Under the pieces are notes generated by a model, which saw only the letters and a list, made by a program, of their open reading frames with translations, ran no database searches and had not been told where the DNA came from. A stretch of DNA of 64,000 nt. Source: the human T2T-CHM13v2.0 reference genome, Homo sapiens. Made by a program: the position numbers and the translations under genes. Below are positions 15,272 to 29,414 of this stretch, one piece after another; the stretch's first letter is position 1, and the number at the start of each line of letters is the position of its first letter. The stretch lies in NCBI RefSeq assembly GCF_009914755.1, contig NC_060929.1; one strand, written 5' to 3'.

Positions 15272-16161
15272 TGTAAACCAAAATGTATCTGACACAGGTC
15301 TCCAATCAATTTAGAAGCTTATATTGCCAAAGTTGTGGATCATGACCCATGACATGGTCTCACAGGGCCCTGAGAACATTTGCTGAAGGTGACTGGGTTA
15401 CAGCTTGGTTTTATATGTTTTAGGAAGACATAAGATGTCAGTCAATAAATGTGAGGCATAACTTGGTTTGGTCTAACTCAAAGCCATTGGGGGAGGGGTG
15501 ACTTACAGGTCAAAGGTGGATTCAAAGACTTTCTGATTGGCTATTGGTTGAGGGTTAAATTATTATCTAAAGACCTGGAATCAAGAGAAAGGAGTGTCTG
15601 GGTTAAGATAAGGGGTTGTAGAGACCAAGGTTCATATTATGTAGATGAAGTCTCATAGGTGGCTGACCTCCAGGGGCAACAGATGGCAGTGTTTCCTCTT
15701 CAGATCCTTAAAATGTGCTGGACTCTCAGCCAATCTCTAAAGTATCAGCAAAAGACCTGGAAAGGGAAGGGGATTCCCTATAGAATGTCAGTTTCCCCAA
15801 CAAGACACAGCTTTGCAGGGCCATTTCAAAGTATGTCAAATTATGGGGTAAAATAGTTTGGTTTCTTTGAGGGCCCTGCTGTCTGTCATGTGATATTATA
15901 GTAGAGTCAGGTTGGAATTTAGTATCTTATTGCTACAAAGAGTCTATTTGGTTAGTCTTAGGATCTCTGTTTTAATGTCAATGCTGTTCAGTTGTATACC
16001 TGAGCCCCAAAGGAAGGAGAGTAATAATGAGGCATGTCTACCCACCCTCCTTTCATATAATGGTCTGAACTAGTTTTTCAAGTTTAGTTTTGTCCCCTTA
16101 GCTGAGAGAGGAGGGTCCATTCAATCAGCTGGGGGGCTTAAAATTCTATTTTTGGTTTATA
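15272..16161 (-). mobile_element. ERV1 solo LTR, MER4 group
   Basis: Begins TGTAAACC and ends tttggtttata. Strongly similar to the LTR at 42462-44650. Confidence 0.75.
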
Positions 16162-17916
16162 GTAGTAGAAGCTGATTATCAACTTTTCCTGTCTTTTGCA
16201 TTCCTGCTCTAACAGTCCTACCCCAGGCAAATATATGCTTTTAAAAGAATAGGAAAATGATATATAAAAGGATGTGCATAAGGGAAAAGTAATGGACATA
16301 TCTTCAGTAATGTCATGTTCTTTGCACCTTCCTGAGTGTAGGCTTTTCAGCCTAACTGCATAAGTGTGTGAACCAGTAAAGCTTTTTCATGATACAGAGT
16401 AGTAATCAGGTACAGTGACCTAGGGAATTATTCTTGCCTACTGTCAGGTCCTTGGGTCATTTCCACTCAGTGCTGGACAGATACATAAAGTAGCATTTTT
16501 GGCCTTGGCCCTGTCAGCTAAAGAACCAGGATCCTTGCTGTTACTGCTGTTCCTCAGAATTCTCTTTTTCTCTATCCCCTTTAATAGATATTAAGATGCT
16601 AAATTATCTGTGTTAAATAATGTTAAAATACTTCAAAACACAATTTGTTTTATATTGCCATATAGTTGTTCCAATTTGGTGAAAGAGCCATGGCTTTTTC
16701 TGATACATCAGGAATCTTGAAAGAGCTGGATTTGAGGATTAGAGCATGTTTGTTGTTTCCCAAGTTGGTCTGTGAAGGAGCAGAGTGTACAATACAACAC
16801 ACTATTTATTTTTCATTCCCTGAACTCAACTATCTTGGAGAAAAACGTCTCAATAATGACTTGGTAAAATGACTAGTTTCAAAAGGTCAGTACATTTCTG
16901 AGTGAGAAATTTTTGCAGCTGGAGACTGGAAGTCTTTTTGTTAGAGATTATTATCTCCCTTCCCTTGGAAAAGGAGGCAATTTATTTTGAACCACCAAGC
17001 TGTGATGTTAGTGAGGTTAAGCAAAATATTGGAAAGAAAGAAATGAACATGGGCAATTATTAAGGGTCATCACAGGAAACCTTTCCAAGACTTACTGGAA
17101 GAGTACATCCTTTATTCCTCCTGTCTTTCCCCTTTCTCCAACCTAGTAAAAAAATTCTAATTCCCATTCACATTTATTGAGAAAGTCACTAAATGGCCCG
17201 ATGGCATTCTATGGGTGAAATATAAAATAGATGAATTCACTAGTAAATACCTTTGTAAGTGAAGGTCTCTTAAAGATAAGGAAATGGGATCCTTCCAAAT
17301 TAAGTTCTAAGCCACGAAAATGTTTTCTTTCATTAGAATACGTTTTATATTTTAGTTCTTATTTTTCAGTGGTTTTCATAAGGAATAGGAAAAGTAACTT
17401 TTTATAATTATATTGAGGATCTCAAATTTTTATTTTACTTAAAAATATGAGATTCCATGAAATTGCAAATACTTCTCTTTTCAGTATGGAGAACCCAGTA
17501 GTGTCTTCTGAGTTCCATAGTTGGAAAAGATATGTAGATGGACTTAGATTGGGATTATTTTTTGGATATTCTTGTGCAGAAATATGAAGCAGAAACTAAA
17601 CTAAATTTGGAAGATGTGCACTTTAGGAGAAATCCACCAGGGGACTCCAAAGCAAAATGGCAGGTCTGCAACATGCTGGATAGATGAGGAAAAAATAACC
17701 TTGTAAAGCCTTCTATTTCCTTTCTCAGAAATAGAAACATAAAATCATTTACAATTAAACTAACTTACAGATGAGATTTACTAGGCTGTAAGAGGATGTG
17801 ACTCCTCAAAATGTGGATCATTGCTAGGAATACTTGGGTTTGGTAAATCTGGAATAATTAAGGTTACTTCTGTAAAACAGAGAGAAACATAAATTCTATT
17901 TCAAGGAATGTTTATG

Positions 17917-18237
<321 letters not shown>

Positions 18238-19289
18238 CTATTATGTAAAAGTGTTATGGATGCTAACAAAAACAAAACATTGATACATGCCTTTGAGGAG
18301 CTTATATATTACAAAGAAAAGAAGGCCAAATTCATTAGGTAGCCTTTGAGCCCCTCTGCTTCCCTAGGGAATATCTAATAAGTCGTGTGAGTGCTACAAG
18401 CCAGGCAATAGAGAGCAAAGAAAAGGCCAGTCCCCATTGGTTGAATGGAGAAGCCCTTCTAGGAGGAATGGGCGTGGGGCTGGCTGTCAAGGATCCAGGC
18501 ACAGGATTCTACAAATATCATGAGGTGAAAATAGAAAGTGTTTGGTAAGCAAGATGAGCATATGGTTTATTTTCCGAACAAGTGGGAGATGAAGCTAGAA
18601 AAATATATGAATAAGTATGAATCATTTTAAAAATGCTACTATATATAATATATCCTGAACCTATTGTATATCAGGAAATAATAATAAACCCTTTTACAAA
18701 TTAAAAAATAGAAACTTACAGCTAATAAGTATTATTTCAGGAATGTGCACAGCTAATAAGGTACCTACAAATAACCTCGGGGATTCTGACTGCTCTATAT
18801 TGTGCTGAAATAGTTAATTTGGGTCTCCCTAGAAGATTGCCCAAGTAATGAGAAATACAGGGAAGATTTTAATTGACAGGAATCACACAAATACCAAATT
18901 TTAAGAATCACTTTTCTGTCATAGGTTTTAGTTCTTTCCTAAAGTGAATTTGGGCAGGTGTTTAGTGGTCCTTAAGGTAGCTCTCCATCTAGATATTAAA
19001 ATACGTATGTATTAGCTGCTGAATCAGTGAGATCAAAGAATAATATTGGAGTCCTGAGAGCCTGTAAAATGGAGTCATGTTAAGTTTAGCCCTGAGTCTG
19101 TCACTCCAGTGTCTATGCTCATATCAAAGCTAGACATTGGCTAGCCTAAAGAAGCATGTGTAGCTCCATGTGGGAGGATATAGCCTGGTCACAGAAATCT
19201 AGTTGCTGCTGATAAGTGTAATACCTTGGTGATTGCTTTATCCAGGTAAGAGGTCAATCACAGTCTTCTGTTACTTTGCTAATACCCCC

Positions 19290-19470
19290 ATATCTCTCAC
19301 TGTTAAGTAGTCTACAGCCTCATTTGAATTGTTGGTGCCACAATTTTGTGACCTTTGGTAAGGTATTAAGCCTCTGTGTGCCTGAGCTTCCCTTTCTGTA
19401 AATCTGGCCACGATATTTGTGATACCCAATACATAGGGCTATTGTAAAGATGTAAATTACAAAGAATAAG
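19290..19470 (+). mobile_element. MIR
   Basis: MIR core (tgtgacctttggtaagg...cctctgtgtgcctgagcttccctttctgtaaa). Confidence 0.6.
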
Positions 19471-19747
19471 AATAACTCCTGGATATTAGCAATTTTATAC
19501 TTACAAAGTCCCACAGTATAGTGATATGGTAAGCAGTGAAAGGCAGTTTATAATATGACATGGAAAAAGTCTGATGGACACTGAGAGTCTAATAAGAACA
19601 AGTTCCAAGAGAAGAAATATGGAGCACTCAAAGCAAGAGGAAGCCTGGGCATCTTGCAGAAAACTATTGTGTTTGGTTAAAAAAAAAAAGGTATAAAGTC
19701 TCCATGTAACATTCTGCTAACTCTAGACGTGTCAAAATATATGGTAG

Positions 19748-20111
19748 TGATACGCTTTGACTGTGTCTCCACCCAAATCTCATCTTGAATTGTAGCTTCC
19801 ATGATTCCCATGTCATGAGAGGGACCGGTAGGAGGTAATTGAATCATGGGGGTGGGTCTTTCCCGTGCTGTTCTCATGATAGTGAATAACTCTCATGAGA
19901 TCTGATGGCTTTTATAAAGGGGCATTCCCCTGCACACACCCTCTCTTGCCTCCTGCCATACGAGATGTGTCTTGCTCCTCCCTGTCTTCCACCATGATTG
20001 TGAGTGAGGCCTCCCCAGCCACATGGAACTGTGTCAATTGGACCTCTTTCCTTTGTAAATTGCCCAGTCTTGGGTATGTCTTTATTAGCAGTGTGAGAAC
20101 AGACTAATACA
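19748..20111 (+). mobile_element. THE1 (B/C-like) solo LTR, ERVL-MaLR
   Basis: TGATA...AATACA termini, 364 bp, TSD GGTAG/AGTAG, classic THE1 text. Confidence 0.92.
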
Positions 20112-20163
20112 AGTAGATAGGTATCTTTTAACTTGTTTCCAGTGACTCTTGCTTTACTTTCAG

Positions 20164-20368
20164 GTGGATGATGACAGAATGGACCCCTTGTTCACGAACT
20201 TGTGGAAAAGGAATGCAGAGCAGACAAGTGGCCTGTACCCAACAACTGAGCAATGGAACACTGATTAGAGCCCGAGAGAGGGACTGCATTGGGCCCAAGC
20301 CCGCCTCTGCCCAGCGCTGTGAGGGCCAGGACTGCATGACCGTGTGGGAGGCGGGAGTGTGGTCTGAG
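20164..20368 (+). CDS. ADAMTS19: ADAMTS19 exon ([24 protein letters not shown]...WEAGVWSE)
   Basis: tttcag acceptor, GAG|gtgcat donor. 205 nt, phase 2 to 0. Encodes a complete TSR. Confidence 0.95.
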
Positions 20369-21706
20369 GTGCATACATGCCCCCTTTCTTTCCCCATTCC
20401 TACTCTGACTCCTAGCTTGTACAAGATCAGGTTGGATCATGTTCAGAATCTGCATTGAAGTTGATATTTTTCTATACTATTTATTAATTTTGTTGATGAT
20501 TAAAGGAATACATTCAAATAATTTTGAAATAGAAAAATACAAAGATATTTACTTTCTATTCTATAAATATTGCAACATAATCAAGGGCATATTTTATACA
20601 CATTTTAAATTCTGCATTTTTACTTATATACTATGACTATACTCTTGAGTTGGCACACATTAAAATACACACTTAACTCACTGCATATCCCTGAACATTT
20701 AAAATGGAAAGAAGAAAATTAATGTTTAATTATTATATGTGAACAAGGAATGTGTTTTTACTTAATGTTTAGTATATTGTTTATATTTAATCACCTGTGC
20801 AGGAAACTTAAGTTTCATCATTTTATAAGTAAGAGTAATATAGCTCAGAGAAAGTAAATAGTTTACCCTAAGTCCTACCTAAGTGGTAGAGCTGGGATTT
20901 GAACCCAAGGTTGTTTAACTCATTGCACCCTCCCAACCCCTACAGGCTTGTAGTGTATAACATACAGTTGTGTTCCATGCCAAACCATAGTGATTTATTT
21001 TCTGTTATCATGATATATATCTTTGCGTAATAATAAATGGCACTCATGACTTACACTTAGTGGTTGCTCTGAAGCACTTTAGGTGAAGGTCTGGCTGCAT
21101 TTACTCATATAAACATACTTATATACTCATGTTCACACATGTACCAACACACCTACACACATAAAAAGGAAAATCATCCATCTATGTAATTTCAAAATAT
21201 TATACAGGATGCAAAAATGATAATTAAAAAATGCTGTATTGAAGTAGCTACTTTTTTGAAAATGAGGATAACATAGCTTAGATAATACAGTTTCTAAATG
21301 TCTGTCAATTAACCCAACCCCCTCCAAAAAGCATATTCACAAAAATCCTGGCTTTCTCTTTTCTTACTATTCTAGGTTATACTGTTTAATGGATTCTTTT
21401 TCATTTATAATGTATACTTTTGCAAATGAATACCATATCATATTTTACATTGAAATGAATCAGTTCAGTCTGGAGAGAAGAATCACATGAGCATCAGAGA
21501 AACAAAATACCCCACCGCAACCCAATCAAAACATTTTTGCAAACTCTTCGGGAGAAAATTGGTCAGAAATATTCTACTATACAGATTTTTGGCACCAGCT
21601 GAGAGAAATAATATGTCATAATGCAATATGCCAATTGAAAAAACGTCTATTGTTTTACTTTAAGTTAAAACTCAATTTTATGAATCAGGCATAGTTTGAC
21701 TTGCCA

Positions 21707-21709
21707 AAA

Positions 21710-21747
<38 letters not shown>
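21707..21747 (+). repeat. Poly(A) followed by (TA)n microsatellite
   Basis: Read directly. Confidence 0.9.
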
Positions 21748-21750
<3 letters not shown>

Positions 21751-22226
21751 AATACATATATATATGTATTAAAGGGCCAAATCACATAGTCCACTTTAAA
21801 ACTGAACATATTCAAATACAAACTTTAAGTTATGAGACAATTACTTATTTGTGCAAGATTTAGGATACCTATTTAAAATGTCATTAGTTCCATGCTTAAG
21901 CTTTCAGGATATCTGGTATGCCCCACACACATATCCAGAACAATTTTGGTCCCAATGTCCAGGTAGTCAGTGGTGCTTGCCTTTAGACAACAGGAATACT
22001 TCATACATATTCCATGATGTGGAGGATAAATGTAAATGAGAGAAGAGATTGCACCTAGAGAAAATTAGTGGAATATACATATGTGCTTTTATATCACCCT
22101 CATCCGTTATACATCTCCTATTTATTAAACTAAAGAATTTTGAACCAAATTGTATTTTAATTCCAAAAATTATTTAGAATTATAATTTCTAGGAATATAT
22201 AATTATATACAGAAATTCTAAATTTT

Positions 22227-22520
22227 GGCTAGGCCCGGTGGCTCACACCTATAATCCCAACACTTTGGGAGGCCAAGGTGGGTGGACCACTTGAGGCCAG
22301 GAGTTCAAGACCAGCCCAGCCAACATGGCAAATCCTATCTCTACTGAAAATACAGAAATTAGCTGGGCATGGTGGTATATGCTTATAATCCCAACTACTT
22401 GGGCAGCTGAAGTGAGAGGATCACTGGAGCCCAGGAAATGGAGGTTACAGTGAGCCAAGATCACGCTACTGCACTCCAACCGGGGCGACAGAATGAGACT
22501 CCATCTCAAAGAAAAAAAAA
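22227..22520 (+). mobile_element. Alu (old S/J)
   Basis: Full, diverged dimer with A tail. Confidence 0.9.
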
Positions 22521-23014
22521 TCTGAATTTTATTTTTGCTAAGATTTTCTCTATTTCATCTTTGAAACATGTTTTTTGAGAAGTGACATGCTGGGGAAATT
22601 GTTATTTTTCACAAACATGTCTTCCATCTAAATAAAAGAGTACATCTTAGAAAAAGTAAAATGAATTTTTTTACATAATTATGTTTAAAATGTGATATCA
22701 AATTTTAGTAATTTTAATTTTGATCATAGTGCATTATTTATCTTTCTTAAATAATCCCTGTTATATTACTCTCTGTAATAATGGCTCAGTATTTCTGAAA
22801 CCACTTATCTCCAGCATTGTGCCTTAAGCTCCTTCTGGCATCAGATACTGGTGCTTAGCCTGTTGTTACCTTTAAACTTATTATTTATAATTTTATCTGG
22901 CTTTTATGGGTGATGGGCTCATAACAGATTATTGGAAACCAGTACTTAATTGAGCCTATCATCTATATCTCCAATTCACCAACTTTATCTAAAACCTCTG
23001 ATGTTATCTTCCAG

Positions 23015-23167
23015 TGTTCAGTCAAGTGTGGCAAAGGCATACGTCATCGGACCGTTAGATGTACCAACCCAAGAAAGAAGTGTGTCCTCTCTACCAGACC
23101 CAGGGAGGCTGAAGACTGTGAGGATTATTCAAAATGCTATGTGTGGCGAATGGGTGACTGGTCTAAG
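23015..23167 (+). CDS. ADAMTS19: ADAMTS19 exon ([51 protein letters not shown])
   Basis: ttccag acceptor, AAG|gtgaga donor. 153 nt, phase 0 to 0. TSR pattern. Confidence 0.95.
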
Positions 23168-24732
23168 GTGAGAACCATTCTGTATATTCTCAGTAATAGG
23201 TTTCAATAATGTCAGCATTGCCCTGGGTACTATAACCACATAGCATGGAGTTTAGGAGGGAAGGAGAGTAGAATTAAACATCATGGGATATGGGGCAGAT
23301 TCTGGCTGGCTGTCCATGATCATGATCTCTATAAAACTGTGTTAAAAATGAAGATAAAATGTACAAAGCACTTAGCACCATACTTGACACAAAGGAAGCT
23401 ATCAAAAAATAATAGCTGTCATTATTGCTTTTTTGTTAATTATTCATATAGTTCTCAGAATATTGTTGCATAAAACTATCTAAACAAATAGAATACTGTC
23501 AGACAAGTCAATTCAAAATATAATTAAGTAAGGTAGCAGAAGAACCAAATAAAGGGAACTCAGCTCTTACTAGATAAAAGACAGTCATTTTCCCACCAAT
23601 TTTGGGAGTTGTGTATGGTAGAAATGGAAAGGAACAAAATGTTGACATCCTTTGGTCAAATCAAGTGAACACAATTTATATGGAAAATGAACAGTAAGTT
23701 TAATTCACGATAACAGTAATGCCTATTTAAAGTTTATATGAGTAAAGTAGAGCCTCATATAGGGCTGTAGAAAATGTCTGACCTGTTCATTCTATGAAAT
23801 ACTAATAAAACCCATGTTTTAAGATAAAATTCTGATCATTTTGGGGTGAAAATAGATCTCACATATTTTTCAGAAATGTAAATATGAATCAATTATCCCA
23901 CTTTCAGCTGTGATATTATATACTGACTATCATGAAATCATAAAATTATAGGGCTTAGTTCCATGCTTAGATGGTCATAATGCTTTAGATGAGACATAAT
24001 AAATCCTCTCTCCTTCCCCTTTTATTGTATAAAAGAGAAAAGAAAGTGATGGCTGCTGGGGTATGGAGAGGAGTATAATAGTTTTTCATAAATAACCCTA
24101 AAGGGCTTTCTGGGAGAAATATTTTCAATATAGAAAATACTGTGATTATCCCACTTTCACAGTGTTGCCCCAAAGCAATCCATGGCATTTGAAATATAAG
24201 CTATTTTCTCATGATTATGTATGCCTTTTGTCTCTAAGAAAAGTTTGCATATTAATATTGCATCTGAGTTATCAGTAAACTAGACTCTCTTTCTACTACT
24301 TACAACATTCAAAATTCACATTTGAACTCTAAAAGGATGCTTTTGTAAACAACATAAATCGATCCCTAACTACAGCAGTGAGAAATATTCAGCTCAATCC
24401 ATGGGAATTTTGACTGGTGAATCACATAAGGAAACTTCACACTTCAGAATAAAAAACTTTGAGGCAGCACAGAATTCTAAATTAACTACAACTAATTTAT
24501 TTTATGTTCAAGATTTGTTTCCTTAATTCTAAGGGAGACAAATAGAGCAGGATAATAGGGAAAGACAGTGGCTTGGAAGTCAAGAGATACGGAGGACAAT
24601 TCTCACTCCCTCTTTGCATAGATGGGTAAAGTGGTTAAGCCACTGAATTAATGCCTTTGTGTCTTTGTTTCCATATGAGTCAAATAATGAAAATGGAACA
24701 GTGTTTTCAAGCTATATGTATAACAACTTTTC

Positions 24733-24802
24733 CTTTTTTAATTTTATTTCAATAGTTTGTGGGGAGCAGGAGGTTTTGGTTACATGGATAAGTTCTTTAG
24801 TG
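24733..24802 (-). mobile_element. 70-bp L1PB-type 3' end insertion
   Basis: Antisense L1PB terminus flanked by a 20-bp TSD TATATGTATA(A/G)CAACTTTTC at 24713-24732 and 24803-24822. Confidence 0.8.
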
Positions 24803-24966
24803 TATATGTATAGCAACTTTTCATTCATCATTGAAGATATAGGATAGAATAAGGAAGAAGAAAAAGTACTAGCAGCAAGAGGGCAGGGAAAATCACCTGT
24901 TGCTCCCTTTCCATTGTAGGAACTCATTTGTTTCTTTTGGCTAGTGAAATTCTAGATATTTTCTTA

Positions 24967-25380
<414 letters not shown>

Positions 25381-25810
25381 TTAACCTCCAACTAACTATA
25401 AAATACAGAAGATGTAATTGCAAAAAAACCCAAAAGATTCAAGTTTTATTATAATATGTGACACAGAATTATAAGCTCATACAATGCTGCATGTGGAAAT
25501 ACGGCTAGCAAATCCTATTTGCTTGACAAATACTATTACTTTTGGTTAATGAAACGTGCCTACTGTGTGGCCTCTGGGTTAAATCTTAGTTAAAACCAAA
25601 GTTCACTAGGGAGATCATAGGGAACACTGATTGTGGTTTTTTATGCTAAACTAAAAAAAATTTTTTTCAGTTTTATGAATATATGTATGTAATTCTTAAA
25701 TATAATTGGATTGAATTACTTTTAATTGGTTTTGTGGTGTTACTGTATGGCTACCCAACTAGAACATAGCCTTTGTGAGTGAGGAAAGAAAAGAATAGCT
25801 TCAACAAATA

Positions 25811-26040
25811 CAGTTGACCCCTTAACAAAACAGATTTGAACTACACGGATATACATACATATGGATTTTTTCAACCAAAGGCGGATCAAGAATACAATAT
25901 TTCCTGGTTGTGAGACCCACTTTAAGGAGGGCTGACTTTTTGCATATGTGGGTTCTGCAGGACCCACTCAAGTTTGCATGGACTTTGATTATACTTGGGC
26001 TGTCCTAAAACCAATGCCCTCATATACCCAAAGAAGATTG
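25811..26040. mobile_element. MER8 / Tigger2-family MITE
   Basis: CAGTTGACCC terminus, 230 bp, TA target duplication on both sides. Confidence 0.7.
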
Positions 26041-28739
26041 TATTCATCTTTATTCCTGGCCTTTTAACCTTTGCTTGTTGGCCTGTTTGTTTCTTTGTTT
26101 GGTAACTTAGAAGATCCAGTAAATAGTGCTTCTGTTTGTCTACTTTCGGACTTTATATGAATATAAGTGCTTTTTTCCTTAAAGCCATTTCTTTCCTTTT
26201 TCATTATAACGATCTCAGCATCACAGACTCAAACAGTGTGCACAAATTAAAACCAGTGGCTCCACGTGAATTTTATTGGTTTCACCCTTCATTTTATACT
26301 TCTATGACATTACTTTCATGTTAAAATGAAGACCATCCCAAAATAATTACAGAGAAAAGGAATAATGAATGCCATGATTAAGTTTCAGTGATTAAAGTAT
26401 TCAGGGACAGAGAAAACACACAAATCTCTTATTCTTATCAGCTGTGTCCTTGAAACAGGAATAGCAACAAGATGTATGTGATTGTAGGTGGATTTCTGTG
26501 CTCCTCTGAGGTCAGTTAATCTGTCAGTTTCACGCAAAGTCTGCCCTATTTTTAAAGTGTCAATACTAAAGTGGACTTCAGCCTTGGATTTACTTTAATC
26601 AGGAATATTAAATGTACAATTTTTTTATAAAGCTAGCACTGAAAACCTGCTCCTCCCTTAATAATATAGATGAGTCCCTGGGAGAATCAAAAGAAAATAC
26701 ATCCTTAGATTCTCCCACTGCCTAAGAATCATTGACTGCTATTGGGCAAAGGTAGTATTGACTAAATGGAGGATGACTGAAAAGATGGCTTATGCCTCAA
26801 ACTATGTTCACTGCATTTGTATCAGCCTACATGATTTATATCATATATATTTTGGGTGGTTTTGTGTAAATAGTGGAAAAATTGCTCTGGGCTTCTGAGG
26901 GGGAAAAACAGATTAAGGTATATGCAAAGAGTGAAACTTACGTCATAAAATTGTTGCCTTTGATTTCTAAGAAAAAGTAATGCAGCCTTTGTTGAAAAAT
27001 GTTCACGTTTATTTCATCAGGATTACAATGATGGCAAAAATAGGACACATACAATGTGGCTGCTTTGCCCTGGCTTGCATTAACTTACACAATTATATGC
27101 CACGTTCTGACTATATCTCTCTCTGCTATAGACATGTTCTTCGGATCTTTCTTGGGAGAAAAGAACATTACACACATTTCCTGCCAACTTAAATCTTCAT
27201 TCACTCATTTAAGCTCTTCTTAGTATGGAACACTGACTTGAAAAATAACATTGTCTCTAATGTTTAATGAAATGACATTTTTTTTTTTGGTCTGAATTTG
27301 ACCTTCCTTCCTTTATTTAAACTTCTGCAACTCCTGATTTTCATTACTGGAGACCAGCAGAGAAGCAAAAAAAAAAAAAAAAAAAAAAAAGAGTACTATT
27401 TTATCTACCTGTTTTACAGGATCTGATTATTTATGAAGTTTTATAGAGTTAACCCTTTCATGCAGTATTAACAAGTGATTTAAACTTATTCAACAGAATT
27501 CTGTTGAGAAACAAGGCACCTTAAAATTGCACATAATTGTTCCTGGTTTATTCTTATATTTATATTCTACAATTCAAACTTACTCCTTTAAAATTCTAGG
27601 AAATGATTAGTTTTGGACACATATAAAGTTATGACATATTAACAGATATTTGGACAGGGGATTTATGAGCCTTTTTGAAATGACATAATCTAAAATAATG
27701 CTGGAAGCACAGTAAATCATTTTGGATGATTTAGTTATACAGCCCAGCCAGTTGGGTATATATTTGTTTAGAAGTGATAGATACAAAGCCTGCAGTATAA
27801 TGAGTAATTTTTAACTTATCCTCCAAAAGGAAATCACAATTATATTCAGCATGTTGTATTGAATAGGAGAGGAATTAGACAAATGAAGAATCTAAAAACT
27901 AATTTTTTCCTAATGAATAAGCAAAATATACTTATCTAGATACCTGCTTTCTAGCAATAAAAATTAGATTTATGTTAATGGGAATTCTACGTATTCTGAG
28001 CTCATGCTCATAGTGAAAATTTTCTAGTTTCCTTAGTTACAAATCTCAAAATGGTGTTCTACAATAAATTGTTTTCTCATTTTCTATGGGAACAATGCTT
28101 TGGCTGAAAAAAAATATATTGACTACTTAGTAATTTATTTTTATAATTAAAGACCTGTATATATCTGGATTATTTCTAGTAAAAATAATTTCTTACCATA
28201 AATATTATTGATGTTACTGAAATCCACTTCATATATTATATTGTCATAGGAATCTGTAATAACTATAAGCAAATAAGTATTCCTAAGTTGTTAGCACTCT
28301 AATTGTTTAAAAAAGTTCAAAAAAAGTACAAATTAATTAGTTATGCCAGCTCTTTAAGTGTGCTTTGCATAATCAAGCATTATAACCTTAAAGTGTTCTC
28401 CTGTTGCATAATTATTAAATTAGAACAACTCATAACAAGTGCAAGATCAAAGAAACAACAATTTAACAAAAACATTCCTTACGTACATACTTAAAACAAG
28501 TCTAGAAAGACAATACAAGATTTATTACCTTGTCATTTTGAGCCTTACCTATATTCAGATTGGCCAGCAGTCAATACAAGTGACTTGATTTGCGCCATTT
28601 CACATATCCCTAAAGAAAACATTTTCTCTTACTTTTTGTTATATTGGATTCTTAAGGTGTGTAAATTTGAAGCTCTCAGTAAATTAATAGGCTGTAGGCT
28701 CATAGGATCTTTGGCCTGACCATCTGTCCTCTATTTTCT

Positions 28740-29414
28740 TTTTTTTTTTTAATTTAATTTTAAGTTCCGGGATACATGTGCAGGACCTGCAGGTTTGTTA
28801 CATAGATAAATGTGTGCCATACTGGTTTGCCGCACTATCAGCCCATCACCTAGGTATTAAGCCCTGCATGTATTAGCTATTTATCCTGATGCTCTTCCTC
28901 CCCCTGCCTCACCAACAAGCCCTAGTGTGTGTTGTTCCTCTCCCTGGTCCATGTGTTCTCATTGTTCATCTCCTGCTTATAAGTGAGAACATTCAGTGTT
29001 TGCTTTTCTGTTCCTGTGTCAGTTTGCTGAGGATGATGGCTTCCAGGTCCATCCATGTCCCTGTAAAAGACATGATCTCATTCCTTTTTATGGCTGCATA
29101 GTATTCCATGGTGTATATGTACCACATTTTCTTGATCCAGTCTATCATTGATGGGCATTTGGGTTGATTCCATGTCTTTGCTATTGTGAATAGTGCTGAA
29201 ATGAGCATATGAGTGCATGTATCTTTCACGAAAGAAGACATTTATGCAGCCAACAAACATGAAAAAAAGCTTAACATCACTGATCATTAGAGAAATGCAA
29301 ATCAAAACCCCAGTGTGATACCATCTCACACCAGTCAGGATGGTGATATTAAAATGTTCAAGAAAACAACAGATGCTGGCAAGGCTGTGGAGAAATAGGA
29401 ACACCTTTACACTG
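28740..29414 (-). mobile_element. 5'-inverted (twin-primed) L1PA
   Basis: Poly(T) plus antisense 3' end up to ~29226, then a sense ORF2-end segment at 29231-29414. Degenerate TSD ctgtcctctattttct / ctgccttctatttttct. Confidence 0.85.
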
